DNA of 46,131 nt from an uncultured Bifidobacteriaceae bacterium (GTDB lineage Bacteria; Acidobacteriota; Vicinamibacteria; Vicinamibacterales; JAMQPK01). A program made the translations under genes and the position numbers. Location: positions 11,054-57,184 of the forward strand of contig CAYHHH010000010.1 in the NCBI GenBank assembly GCA_964356125.1. Direction: 5' to 3'. Shown piece by piece: positions 36,623 to 44,713 of the stretch; within the stretch, counting starts at the first letter, position 1, and each line of letters opens with the position of its first letter. The notes beneath the pieces are model-generated. The model saw only the letters and a program-made list of their open reading frames with translations, made no database searches and was not told the DNA's origin.

Positions 36623-38170
36623 GTGACCGATCGGCTTCCCAAACTGCTCTCTGCGCTCGGCCTGCTCATCGGAGCAGGGGCGGCTCTCATCTACTACCAG
36701 CGTGGTCTCACGCTGAGCCATTACGACGCGAAGGCGCATCTGGTGGTCGCGCGCCGCGTGCTCGACAGCCTGACACCGGAATATTCGCAAATTGGCGCGG
36801 TGTGGCTGCCGCTGCCGCACCTGTTGAATCTGTTGCCCGTCCAAATCGATTGGCTGTACCGCACCGGGTTGTCGGGCGTCGCGATCTCGGTTCTGTCGTT
36901 CGCGCTCGCGTGCTACGCCATCGCGCGCCTGGTGCTGCGCGTCACCCGGTCGCGAGTGGCCGCGACGATCAGCGTCATGATGTTCGCGCTCGACCCCGAC
37001 GTGCTCTATCTGCAGTCGACGCCCATGACAGAGCCGTTGCTGTTCGGTTTGGTGCTGCTGTCGATTTCTCTTGTCTACGATTGGGTTGAGGGCACGAAAA
37101 AGGGGACGGGAATCTTTTTCGCCGGGCCCCACGAAAAAGATTCCCGTCCCCTTTTTCGTGCCCCTGCCTTCGAGAAGCGCGCGCGCGCGAAGGCGGGGTG
37201 GGTACTCGTGCTCGCGTGTCTCACGCGCTACGAAGCGTGGATGGTCACTGCGGCCGTGCTGGTGCTCGCGACTGTTGCGCTCTGGAGGCGCGGCCTCTCA
37301 CCGGTCGCGTCGCTGAAGGCGGGCGCGAACCTCGCCATCTACCCCGTCCTCGCGATCGTCGCGTTCTTTTTCCACAGCTGGTTCACCACTGGCGCGTGGT
37401 TCGTGACCGGCGGTTTCTACGTGCCCGACAACATTGCGACCGGGAGCGTGTACGGCTCGGTCATGGCGGTGGTGTACGGCATGCGCACGCTGATCGGCAC
37501 GCCCCTCGTCCTGCTCGCGCTTGCTGGCGTGCTCGCGGTCCTGGTGCGCGGGTTGTCGCGCGCCGAACACGCGGCGTCGCTTGTCGTCCTGGCACTCGTG
37601 GCGTTGATCGCCCTGCCGGCGTACGCCTTCTTCAACGGTCATCCCTTCCGCATGCGGTACATGGTTGCGCCATCGGTCGGCGCGGCGGTCTTTGCCGGCA
37701 TCGCGCTGGGCATGTTGAGAGGCCGCTGGCGCCACGCCGCGGCCGCTGCCCTCGCTGTGTGGCTGGTCGCGACCGTGAAGCCCATCGACGCACAGGCGCC
37801 GATGGTGCAGGAGGCGCAGTGGGATGTGCCCTTCAGCGTGGGGCGCCGCAACGTGACGGCGTGCCTCGCGCGCGAGTACCGCGGCGAGCGCATTCTGGCG
37901 AGCATGGGCTCGCTCGCGCATTACATGCAGGAGCTCTCGCACGCCGGCATCGACATTCGCGACTTCGTGCACGAGGGGACGCTCCCCTACTGGCACGAGG
38001 CCATCGAGGCGCCGCAGGGGCGCGTCGGGTGGATTCTGATCGAGGAGCGTGCCGAAGGGGGGGACCAGTTGGCGAAACGCGTACGCGAGTCGTCCGCCTT
38101 CACGGCTGGCTTCGCACGCGTGTGCGCCGACGGAGGAGTCGCGCTCTATAAAGCTACAACTAGGGATTAG
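36623..38170 (+). CDS. GT-C (PMT/ArnT-like) membrane glycosyltransferase carrying an internal palindromic insert
   Basis: HYDAKAH, VWLPLPH, PMTEP, TRYEAW and RY motifs; probable start GTG 36623. Confidence 0.75.
   Translation: MTDRLPKLLSALGLLIGAGAALIYYQRGLTLSHYDAKAHLVVARRVLDSLTPEYSQIGAVWLPLPHLLNLLPVQIDWLYRTGLSGVAISVLSFALACYAIARLVLRVTRSRVAATISVMMFALDPDVLYLQSTPMTEPLLFGLVLLSISLVYDWVEGTKKGTGIFFAGPHEKDSRPLFRAPAFEKRARAKAGWVLVLACLTRYEAWMVTAAVLVLATVALWRRGLSPVASLKAGANLAIYPVLAIVAFFFHSWFTTGAWFVTGGFYVPDNIATGSVYGSVMAVVYGMRTLIGTPLVLLALAGVLAVLVRGLSRAEHAASLVVLALVALIALPAYAFFNGHPFRMRYMVAPSVGAAVFAGIALGMLRGRWRHAAAAALAVWLVATVKPIDAQAPMVQEAQWDVPFSVGRRNVTACLAREYRGERILASMGSLAHYMQELSHAGIDIRDFVHEGTLPYWHEAIEAPQGRVGWILIEERAEGGDQLAKRVRESSAFTAGFARVCADGGVALYKATTRD
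37090..37163. repeat. Palindromic element copy 3 (32-bp perfect IR, 10-nt loop) in frame within the GT-C gene
   Basis: GGGCACGAAAAAGGGGACGGGAATCTTTTTCG (37090-37121) and reverse complement (37132-37163). Confidence 0.95.
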
Positions 38171-38259
38171 TGATTCGGGATTAGGGATTAGATCAGCGAC
38201 GGGTATCACGCGTGTACGCGCGTTCAGGCCTAATCCCAAATCCCCAGTCCCCAATCCCT
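38161..38259. repeat. Inverted heptamer arrays (TAGGGAT-type x4 / CCAATCC-type x4) between convergent genes
   Basis: Read directly; the left array supplies the TAG stop at 38168-38170. Confidence 0.85.
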
Positions 38260-38260
38260 G

Positions 38261-39073
38261 CTAGTTCGTGCCCGATCGACTGCGAAGAAATGCGCGGGTA
38301 ATCTCGAGCATGTCGTCGTGAATGCGTCCGTTCGTGGCGAGAAGCTGCGAGCGCCGTGACGAATGCGGCTCGCCGGCAAAGTCGGTCACTCTGCCGCCCG
38401 CCTCTTCGACGATGATCGTGCCCGCCGCAATGTCCCACGGTTTGAGATCCTGCTCCCAGAAGCCGTCCATCCGCCCGGCGGCCACGTAGCAGAGGTCGAG
38501 CGCGGCCGAACCCAGGCGGCGCACAGCGCGGGCTTTGCCGACGAACTCGCCGAACAGGCCGACAATTTCCGGGACGCGGGTGTGGATGTCGTAGGGAAAG
38601 CCTGTGACCAGCATCGAGTCGACCAGCGTCGCCGCGGTGGAGACGTGAATGGGCCGCCCGTTCAGGAACGCGCCGCCTCCGCGCTCCGCAACGAATAGTT
38701 CTTGGCGTGTGGGATCGTAAATGGCGCCAATCTCCCCTCGGCCGTCGATTTCGAGGGCCAATGACGAACAGAAAATCGGCAGGCCATGCGCGTAGTTGTT
38801 CGTGCCGTCGATCGGGTCGAACACCCAGCAGTACGACGCGCCGCGCGTGGCCGCATCCTCGCCGAACTCTTCCGCGAGGATGGTGTGATCGGGAAACCGC
38901 TCCGCAATCATCTGGCGGAACATCGTTTCGACCGCGACATCGGCTTCGGTGACGAGATCGATGGTGCCTTTGTGCGATATCTCGAACCCGCTCTCGATGA
39001 AGCGCATCTGAATCTCGCCGGCTTTGATGACCGCCTCGACGGCCGTCGCGAGCAGCAGCGGGTCGTTCGTCAT
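38261..39073 (-). CDS. suhB: Inositol monophosphatase family protein
   Basis: DLVTEAD, WVFDPIDGTNNY, RRLGSAALDL, WDIAAG. Confidence 0.9.
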   Translation of the reverse strand: MTNDPLLLATAVEAVIKAGEIQMRFIESGFEISHKGTIDLVTEADVAVETMFRQMIAERFPDHTILAEEFGEDAATRGASYCWVFDPIDGTNNYAHGLPIFCSSLALEIDGRGEIGAIYDPTRQELFVAERGGGAFLNGRPIHVSTAATLVDSMLVTGFPYDIHTRVPEIVGLFGEFVGKARAVRRLGSAALDLCYVAAGRMDGFWEQDLKPWDIAAGTIIVEEAGGRVTDFAGEPHSSRRSQLLATNGRIHDDMLEITRAFLRSRSGTN

Positions 39074-39513
39074 TCGCTCGGGCGGATGTGTTTGGTCATC
39101 CGCACCTCCATCCCCCCCTGGGGCGCGCGCCGCATGGAGACGTCGTCCATGAACTGGCGAATCAGGAAGACGCCGCGTCCGCTCGTGCTCAGCATATTCT
39201 CGGGCGTCAGGGGATCCTTGATGGCCTCGGGGTCGAAGCCGGGACCTTCGTCCCGCACCGTGACGATGAAATCGGGAGGGTCTGGCTCGTACGAGACCGA
39301 GTAATCGATGAAGACCCTTTTCGCCGGGTCGCTCGCGTTCCCGTGCGCAATCGCGTTCACGACAGTTTCGCGCACGGCCATCGCCGTCCAGTGCAGCGCT
39401 TCATCGTCGAAGCCCAGATGGCGCGCAATGTGTTCCGTGACGGCCTGGACGAGATCGAGCGCTGCTATCGTGCTGTGGATCTCGAGATGCACATCCTGGT
39501 AGCCGAAGAGCAT
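39070..39513 (-). CDS. RsbW-like anti-sigma factor / HATPase_c Ser kinase
   Basis: ETVVNAIAHG, DEGPGF, GRGVFLI; probable start ATG 39513. Confidence 0.85.
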   Translation of the reverse strand: MLFGYQDVHLEIHSTIAALDLVQAVTEHIARHLGFDDEALHWTAMAVRETVVNAIAHGNASDPAKRVFIDYSVSYEPDPPDFIVTVRDEGPGFDPEAIKDPLTPENMLSTSGRGVFLIRQFMDDVSMRRAPQGGMEVRMTKHIRPSE

Positions 39514-39525
39514 CGTGTCCGAGGT

Positions 39526-39533
39526 AGTATAGT
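39526..39533. promoter_or_regulatory. Overlapping divergent -10 elements (TATAGT on +, TATACT on -)
   Basis: TATAGT ends 6 nt before the aroA ATG; TATACT on the minus strand is 12 nt before ATG 39513. Confidence 0.55.
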
Positions 39534-39539
39534 CTCCCG

Positions 39540-40847
39540 ATGGCTTCAATCGCCGCAACGACGGTGAGGCCTGCCCGTCGCGTCACGGGCACGGTCGGGC
39601 TTGCCGGCGACAAATCCATATCCCATCGGTACGCGCTGCTCGCCGCGCTGGCGACGGGGCGATCCACCATCGCGCAGTACTCGCTGGGCGCCGATTGCGC
39701 CGCGACGCTCGACTGCCTCGCGGCCGCAGGTGTCGACATCAGGCGCACGCATTCCGCCGAGCGCGGGCTCACCGTGGAAATCGAGGGGCGCGGTCTGCGT
39801 GGGCTGCGCGCGCCGGCGTCCCCGCTCGACGCCCGCAATTCCGGCACGACGATGCGGCTGCTCTCCGGCGTCCTCGCGGCGCACCCGTTTGTGTCGGTCC
39901 TGCAGGGGGACGCCTCGCTGACCCAGCGCCCGATGGGGCGCGTCATCGCGCCGCTCGAGCTGATGGGCGCACGCATCGAGTCACACGACAGGAAGCCGCC
40001 GCTTACCATCCATGGCGCCGCGCTCAAGGGCGTCCACTATGGCACCGAGGTGCCGAGCGCGCAGATTAAGAGCGCCGTGCTGCTCGCCGGCCTTCAGTCG
40101 GAAGGCACGACGATCGTCCAGGAGGCGGCCGCGACGCGAAACCACACCGAGCTCGCACTGCAGGCGTTTGGCGCGACTCTGCAGGTCTCCGGCAACACGA
40201 TCGAACTGGAGGGCGGTCAGCCCCTGCGCGGCGGAGAGTTCGTCGTCCCCGGCGATATTTCATCCGCGGCGTTCTGGCTGGCGGCCGCGGCCGCGGTTCC
40301 CGGGTCCGACGTGGAGATTCAGAATGTCGGCCTGAATCCGACACGTATCGCGCTGCTCGACGTGCTGCGCCGCGGCGGCGCCCTCATCGAGGAACATGTC
40401 GAGCGCAAAGCGGGCGGTGAGCCGTCGGGGCGCGTGCGTGTTCGTTATGGGCAGCCTCGTTCGTTAACCCTGGGAGCAGACCAAGTTCCATATCTCATCG
40501 ACGAGATTCCTGCGCTCGCAGCCTGGGCCAGTCTCGGCGGAGAGCTGCACGTCACCGGCGCCGGAGAGCTCCGCGTGAAGGAAAGCGATCGCATCACCGC
40601 GCTGGTGCGCGGATTTCAGTCGTTGGGGGCCGATGTCGAGGAGTTCAGCGACGGATTTCATCTACGCGGGTCGCGGCGGCTGCGTGGCGGGCGGGCGGAT
40701 GCGGCGGGCGATCACCGGTTGGCCATGGCGTTTGCGATTGCGGCGCTCGGCGCCGAGTCCCCTTCGATCATCAGCGGCGCGGATTCGGTCGCGATTTCCT
40801 ATCCAGAATTCTTCTCAACGCTGGAGTCGCTGTGCGACCCGTCGTGA
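39540..40847 (+). CDS. aroA: 3-phosphoshikimate 1-carboxyvinyltransferase (EPSP synthase)
   Basis: GDKSISHR, NSGTTMRL, SAQIKS, PGDISSA, RVKESDR, DHRLAM. Confidence 0.97.
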   Translation: MASIAATTVRPARRVTGTVGLAGDKSISHRYALLAALATGRSTIAQYSLGADCAATLDCLAAAGVDIRRTHSAERGLTVEIEGRGLRGLRAPASPLDARNSGTTMRLLSGVLAAHPFVSVLQGDASLTQRPMGRVIAPLELMGARIESHDRKPPLTIHGAALKGVHYGTEVPSAQIKSAVLLAGLQSEGTTIVQEAAATRNHTELALQAFGATLQVSGNTIELEGGQPLRGGEFVVPGDISSAAFWLAAAAAVPGSDVEIQNVGLNPTRIALLDVLRRGGALIEEHVERKAGGEPSGRVRVRYGQPRSLTLGADQVPYLIDEIPALAAWASLGGELHVTGAGELRVKESDRITALVRGFQSLGADVEEFSDGFHLRGSRRLRGGRADAAGDHRLAMAFAIAALGAESPSIISGADSVAISYPEFFSTLESLCDPS

Positions 40848-40857
40848 CGATCCTGCC

Positions 40858-41355
40858 TTGAAGACGGACAAGATCTATCTGGTCGGATTCATGGCTGCCG
40901 GAAAGACCACGTTGGCGCAGGCGCTCGGGCGCCGGCTCGGCTGGCGCGCCGAGGACGTCGACATGCTCATCGAGGCGCGCGAGCGGCGAACCGTCGCGGA
41001 GATCTTCGCCCGCGAGGGAGAACCGTACTTCCGTTCGGTCGAACGGCAGGTCATCTGGTCGCTCCTGCCGCTGCGGCATGTGGTGGTGGCGACCGGCGGC
41101 GGCACGTTCGTCGATGCCGAGAATCGGGCCGCCATCAACGCCGACGGCGTGTCCGTCTGGATTGACGTACCGCTCGACGTGCTGCTCGCCCGCATTCCCG
41201 CCGACGGGCGCCGGCCGCTTGCCAACGATCGCGTGCAGATGGCGCTGCTCTACGAAACCCGCCGGCTCGCCTACCAGCAGGCGCAGTTGCGCCTCGACGC
41301 CTCGCGCGGGCACTCCGAGGAGCTGGTCGAACAACTCATCGAGCAGCTCGAATAG
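40858..41355 (+). CDS. aroK: Shikimate kinase
   Basis: GFMAAGKTT P-loop, GEPYFR, ATGGG, RPL; probable start TTG 40858. Confidence 0.93.
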   Translation: MKTDKIYLVGFMAAGKTTLAQALGRRLGWRAEDVDMLIEARERRTVAEIFAREGEPYFRSVERQVIWSLLPLRHVVVATGGGTFVDAENRAAINADGVSVWIDVPLDVLLARIPADGRRPLANDRVQMALLYETRRLAYQQAQLRLDASRGHSEELVEQLIEQLE

Positions 41356-41357
41356 CG

Positions 41358-42104
41358 ATGCGGTATCTGGTTCTCAGCGACATTCACAGCAATCTCGAGG
41401 CGCTCGACGCGGTGCTCCGGGCGTCTGCCGCACAGCGATACGACGCGGTGCTGGTGCTCGGCGACCTCGTGGGGTACGGCGCGGATCCGAATGCGGTCGT
41501 CGATCGCGTGCGCGACCTCCACCCCGCGGCGATAGTGCGCGGCAACCACGACAAGGTGGCGGCCGGCCTGGACGATGCGGAAGATTTCAATCCGATGGCG
41601 AAATCGGCGGCGCACTGGACGCGCCAGGCGCTCACGCCGGAGACCCTGCAGTACCTGCGCGACCTGCCGACAGGCCCTCACATCGTCGACGCGATGATCG
41701 AGATCTGTCACGGGTCTCCGCTCGATGAAGATCTGTACGTCGTCGCCGACATCGACGCCGCGCGCTCGATTGCCGTGGCGCGCACGCCGATCTGCTTCTT
41801 CGGCCACACGCACGTGGCGGTCAGCGCGCGCATGGACAACCAGCGCCGGCTCGAGATGGAATCGCCGCAGGGACATCCGGAGTTCCCCACGCCCATCGAA
41901 GCCGATTCGAAGTATTTGATCAATCCGGGCTCGGTCGGCCAGCCCCGCGACGGCGACGCCCGCGCCGCCTATGCGATTGCGGACCTGGAACGGAAGGTTG
42001 TGACGCTCTATCGGGTTGCGTATCCAATAGAAGCAGCGCAGAAAAAGATTCTGGATGCGGGACTGCCGCCGATGCTCGCCTACCGGCTCGGCATGGGACG
42101 ATGA
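41358..42104 (+). CDS. Calcineurin-like metallophosphoesterase
   Basis: SDIHSN, GDLVGYG, RGNHD, HGSP, GHTH, NPGSVGQPRD. Confidence 0.93.
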   Translation: MRYLVLSDIHSNLEALDAVLRASAAQRYDAVLVLGDLVGYGADPNAVVDRVRDLHPAAIVRGNHDKVAAGLDDAEDFNPMAKSAAHWTRQALTPETLQYLRDLPTGPHIVDAMIEICHGSPLDEDLYVVADIDAARSIAVARTPICFFGHTHVAVSARMDNQRRLEMESPQGHPEFPTPIEADSKYLINPGSVGQPRDGDARAAYAIADLERKVVTLYRVAYPIEAAQKKILDAGLPPMLAYRLGMGR

Positions 42105-42116
42105 GCCTCGCGGAAC

Positions 42117-42247
42117 AGGGGTGAGGGGAGAGGGAAGAGGGGAGAGGGAAGAGGGGAGAGGGAAGAGGGGTGAGGGAAGAGGGGTGAGGGAAGAAACACC
42201 TAAGCCTTGTGCCCTTGCGTTTCTGTCTTCCCTCTCCCCTCTTCCCT
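42117..42247. repeat. Polypurine heptamer array (AGGGGAG/AGGGAAG/AGGGGTG x11) plus 3 inverted copies
   Basis: 11 units at 42117-42193; complementary units at 42227-42247 lie inside the small CDS. Confidence 0.92.
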
Positions 42248-42385
42248 CTTCTCTCGCTTGCGCATTTCCATCGCCATCGCGTCCTGCGCTGCCCGGGAGC
42301 CGAGGATCCAGCCGATCGCGACTCCCACAAACAGGACGACGGGGATGAAGATGTAGTGCGCCGACGTCATGTTCGCGAGGTTCAT
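42200..42385 (-). CDS. Small single-TM protein at the end of the ccm operon
   Basis: ATGA coupling to the ccmD-like gene; MTSAHYIFIPVVLFVGVAIGWILG TM helix and charged tail. Confidence 0.65.
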   Translation of the reverse strand: MNLANMTSAHYIFIPVVLFVGVAIGWILGSRAAQDAMAMEMRKREKREEGRGKTETQGHKA

Positions 42386-42636
42386 GGACGCTTCTTTCCG
42401 ATCTGTGCGGACAGGTGCGTCAACTCCCGATCCACCTTGCCGAGCTTCTTCCACATCATCCACACGTAGAACATGAATGCCAGCCATACGAACGCGTACG
42501 CGGCCATCACGAGCGGTGCGGACGGCAGCTGCTCGCTGGCCGGAATCTCGGTGACGGGCTGGAATTCGGACTGACCCGGCTGCGCGGACACGGCCGCGCT
42601 CATCAGCAGGAATACGGTGAGAAAGATGTTTTTCAT
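42382..42636 (-). CDS. ccmD: CcmD-family small membrane protein
   Basis: Follows ccmC with ATGA overlap; AYAFVW...Y TM and charged C-terminus; extra N-terminal signal-like segment. Confidence 0.65.
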   Translation of the reverse strand: MKNIFLTVFLLMSAAVSAQPGQSEFQPVTEIPASEQLPSAPLVMAAYAFVWLAFMFYVWMMWKKLGKVDRELTHLSAQIGKKRP

Positions 42637-43292
42637 TCTTCACTCTCGAGATACAACTGGTCCAGCATCGCGCGCTGCCGCTCGATGCTCATGCGCAGCA
42701 TCAGCAGCGCCACGTACATCAGCAGAAAGCCGGCGAACGAGTACCACAGGGGAAAGGCGAAATCGACTGGCAGCGTCGGGACGACCGACGTCAGCGGATG
42801 AATCGTCCGCCAGATGTTCACCGACAGATAGACGAACGGCGACGCCGCCATTCCAAATACCGCGAGACCGGCCGCCAGCATTTCTGAACCAGAACCGCCG
42901 TAACGCCGCAGAAGAATGTACGAGATGAAAATCATCCACAGCAGGAACGACATCGTCAGGCGCGCATCCCATATCCACCACACACCCCAGGCCTTCCGCG
43001 CCCACAGAGGGCCGGTCACCATCGCCATCGCGCCATAGAGCACGGTCAGCTCGGCGGCGCCGTACGCCATCCAGTCGTAGACAGGCCGTCGCTTGATGAG
43101 GAAGATCCCGCTGACGATGCCGCAGAAAATCGCGGATAGCAGCATCAGCATGGCCGGCGGCATGTGGAAGTAGAAGATTTTCTGCACCAGGCCCATCGTC
43201 GACTCATACGGCGCCCGCGCGACGAGAACCGGCGCGGTCATGAGGATGAGGCCCGCGAGGGCGACAATCGGGACGACAGCTTTATGACGCAT
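42633..43292 (-). CDS. ccmC: Heme exporter / cytochrome c assembly protein C
   Basis: KIFYFH, WGVWWIWDARLT (WWD motif), WRTIHP. Confidence 0.92.
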   Translation of the reverse strand: MRHKAVVPIVALAGLILMTAPVLVARAPYESTMGLVQKIFYFHMPPAMLMLLSAIFCGIVSGIFLIKRRPVYDWMAYGAAELTVLYGAMAMVTGPLWARKAWGVWWIWDARLTMSFLLWMIFISYILLRRYGGSGSEMLAAGLAVFGMAASPFVYLSVNIWRTIHPLTSVVPTLPVDFAFPLWYSFAGFLLMYVALLMLRMSIERQRAMLDQLYLESEE

Positions 43293-43307
43293 GGTTTTCT
43301 GCAGTGG

Positions 43308-44000
43308 TCATTCAGTCATGAGCGGTTCGAACGTCCACAGGGACAACGTGACAAATACTACGTCAAAGCTCAGCAGCAGCATCATCCACAGGCGCGCCAT
43401 CTCGATTTGCGGGTCGGCGGCGAGGAGTGCGCTGGTGCCGCGGACACCGGCGATCATTACCGGGATTGTGACCGGATACAGCAGGATCGGCAAGAGCACG
43501 TCGCGGCTCCGCGCGCGCGCCAGCATCGCGGCGAACAGCGTGCCGACGCTGGCGAAGCCGACGGTCCCGAGCACCAGGAGTGCGGACACCAGCCCGATAT
43601 GGGCGAACAACCTTGCCTGAAACAGCAACGCGACCAGCGGCACCACGATCACCTGCGTCGCCAGGAGCAGCGCGACGATGCCGACGAGCTTGCCGACGTA
43701 GACCGCCGCGCGCGTGCCGGGCGCGAGGAGCAGCGCGCGCAGCGTGTCGCCATATCGCTCCCGCTCGAACGTGCGCCCCAGCGCCAGCGTCCCCGAGAAC
43801 GCGATCGCGATCCACAGGATGCCCGCGGCCGCGTCGCCGATGGCACGGCCGTCTCCGCCCTCTCCCACAAACGACACGGAGAAGACCACCACGCACGACA
43901 CCGCAAAGAAGATGGTCGTGTTCAGCAGCTCGCGGCTGCGCGATTCGATCGCGAGATCTTTGCGCGCGATGATCCAGACCACGCGCCAGAACGCCCTCAC
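43308..44000 (-). CDS. ccmB: Heme exporter permease B
   Basis: KDLAIESR, GILW, GTL, LLPILLYPVTIP; position between ccmA and ccmC. Confidence 0.92.
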   Translation of the reverse strand: MRAFWRVVWIIARKDLAIESRSRELLNTTIFFAVSCVVVFSVSFVGEGGDGRAIGDAAAGILWIAIAFSGTLALGRTFERERYGDTLRALLLAPGTRAAVYVGKLVGIVALLLATQVIVVPLVALLFQARLFAHIGLVSALLVLGTVGFASVGTLFAAMLARARSRDVLLPILLYPVTIPVMIAGVRGTSALLAADPQIEMARLWMMLLLSFDVVFVTLSLWTFEPLMTE

Positions 44001-44713
44001 GACGCCGCTCCCGCCTGAAGGCGATCCTGATACCGCTTGCGCAGGCCTCGCACGTCGGGCTCACTCGCGATGAGGCGTCCATCGTGCAGAATGACCGCGC
44101 GATCGAGCACGGCTTCCCCGACGTCCAGATCGTGCGTCGCCACCAGCATGATGCAGCCGGCCGACCGCAGCTCGCGCAGACGCTCGATCAACGCCATGGT
44201 CGACGCGTCGTCCAGCCCGGTGAAGGGCTCATCGAGCAAGAGCAGCCGCGGATTGTGCAGCAGCGCGCGCTCGAGCGCCAGCCGCTGCCGCATGCCGCGT
44301 GAGAACCCGGACACAAGATCGTTCCCACGATCATCAAGCCGCGCACGGCGCAGCGCATCCGCTGCCACGGTTTCAGGATTGCCGACGCCGTAGAGGCGGC
44401 CGAAGAACACCAGGTTTTCGAGCGCGGTGAGCTCGGAGTACAGGTGGAGATCGTGCGAGAGCACGCCGATGCGCGAGCGCACCGGGGCGCCGATTTGTTT
44501 AGCGGTGCGCCCGCCGTACAGCACGTCGCCCGACGAGGGGATGGCCAGCGTGGAAAGGATGGCGAGCAGGGTTGATTTGCCCGCGCCGTTCGGCCCGAGC
44601 AGGCCGACGATCTCGCCGCTGCGGCAGTCGAGCGACACGCGCGTCAACGCCCGGCGGCGCCCGAAGTTCCGGCTGAGCTCGCGGATGGAAAGGTCGAGGA
44701 AGTCGGCGCTCAC
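43997..44713 (-). CDS. ccmA: Heme ABC exporter ATP-binding subunit
   Basis: GPNGAGKST, FSRGMRQR, LLLDEPF; adjacent to ccmB. Confidence 0.9.
   Translation of the reverse strand: MSADFLDLSIRELSRNFGRRRALTRVSLDCRSGEIVGLLGPNGAGKSTLLAILSTLAIPSSGDVLYGGRTAKQIGAPVRSRIGVLSHDLHLYSELTALENLVFFGRLYGVGNPETVAADALRRARLDDRGNDLVSGFSRGMRQRLALERALLHNPRLLLLDEPFTGLDDASTMALIERLRELRSAGCIMLVATHDLDVGEAVLDRAVILHDGRLIASEPDVRGLRKRYQDRLQAGAAS

Noticed and set aside
38261-39073. suhB as part of the glycan pathway (inositol-phosphate donor)
   Set aside because: It is convergent with the locus, coupled to the RsbW-like gene in the housekeeping block, and no inositol-phosphate synthase is in the window.
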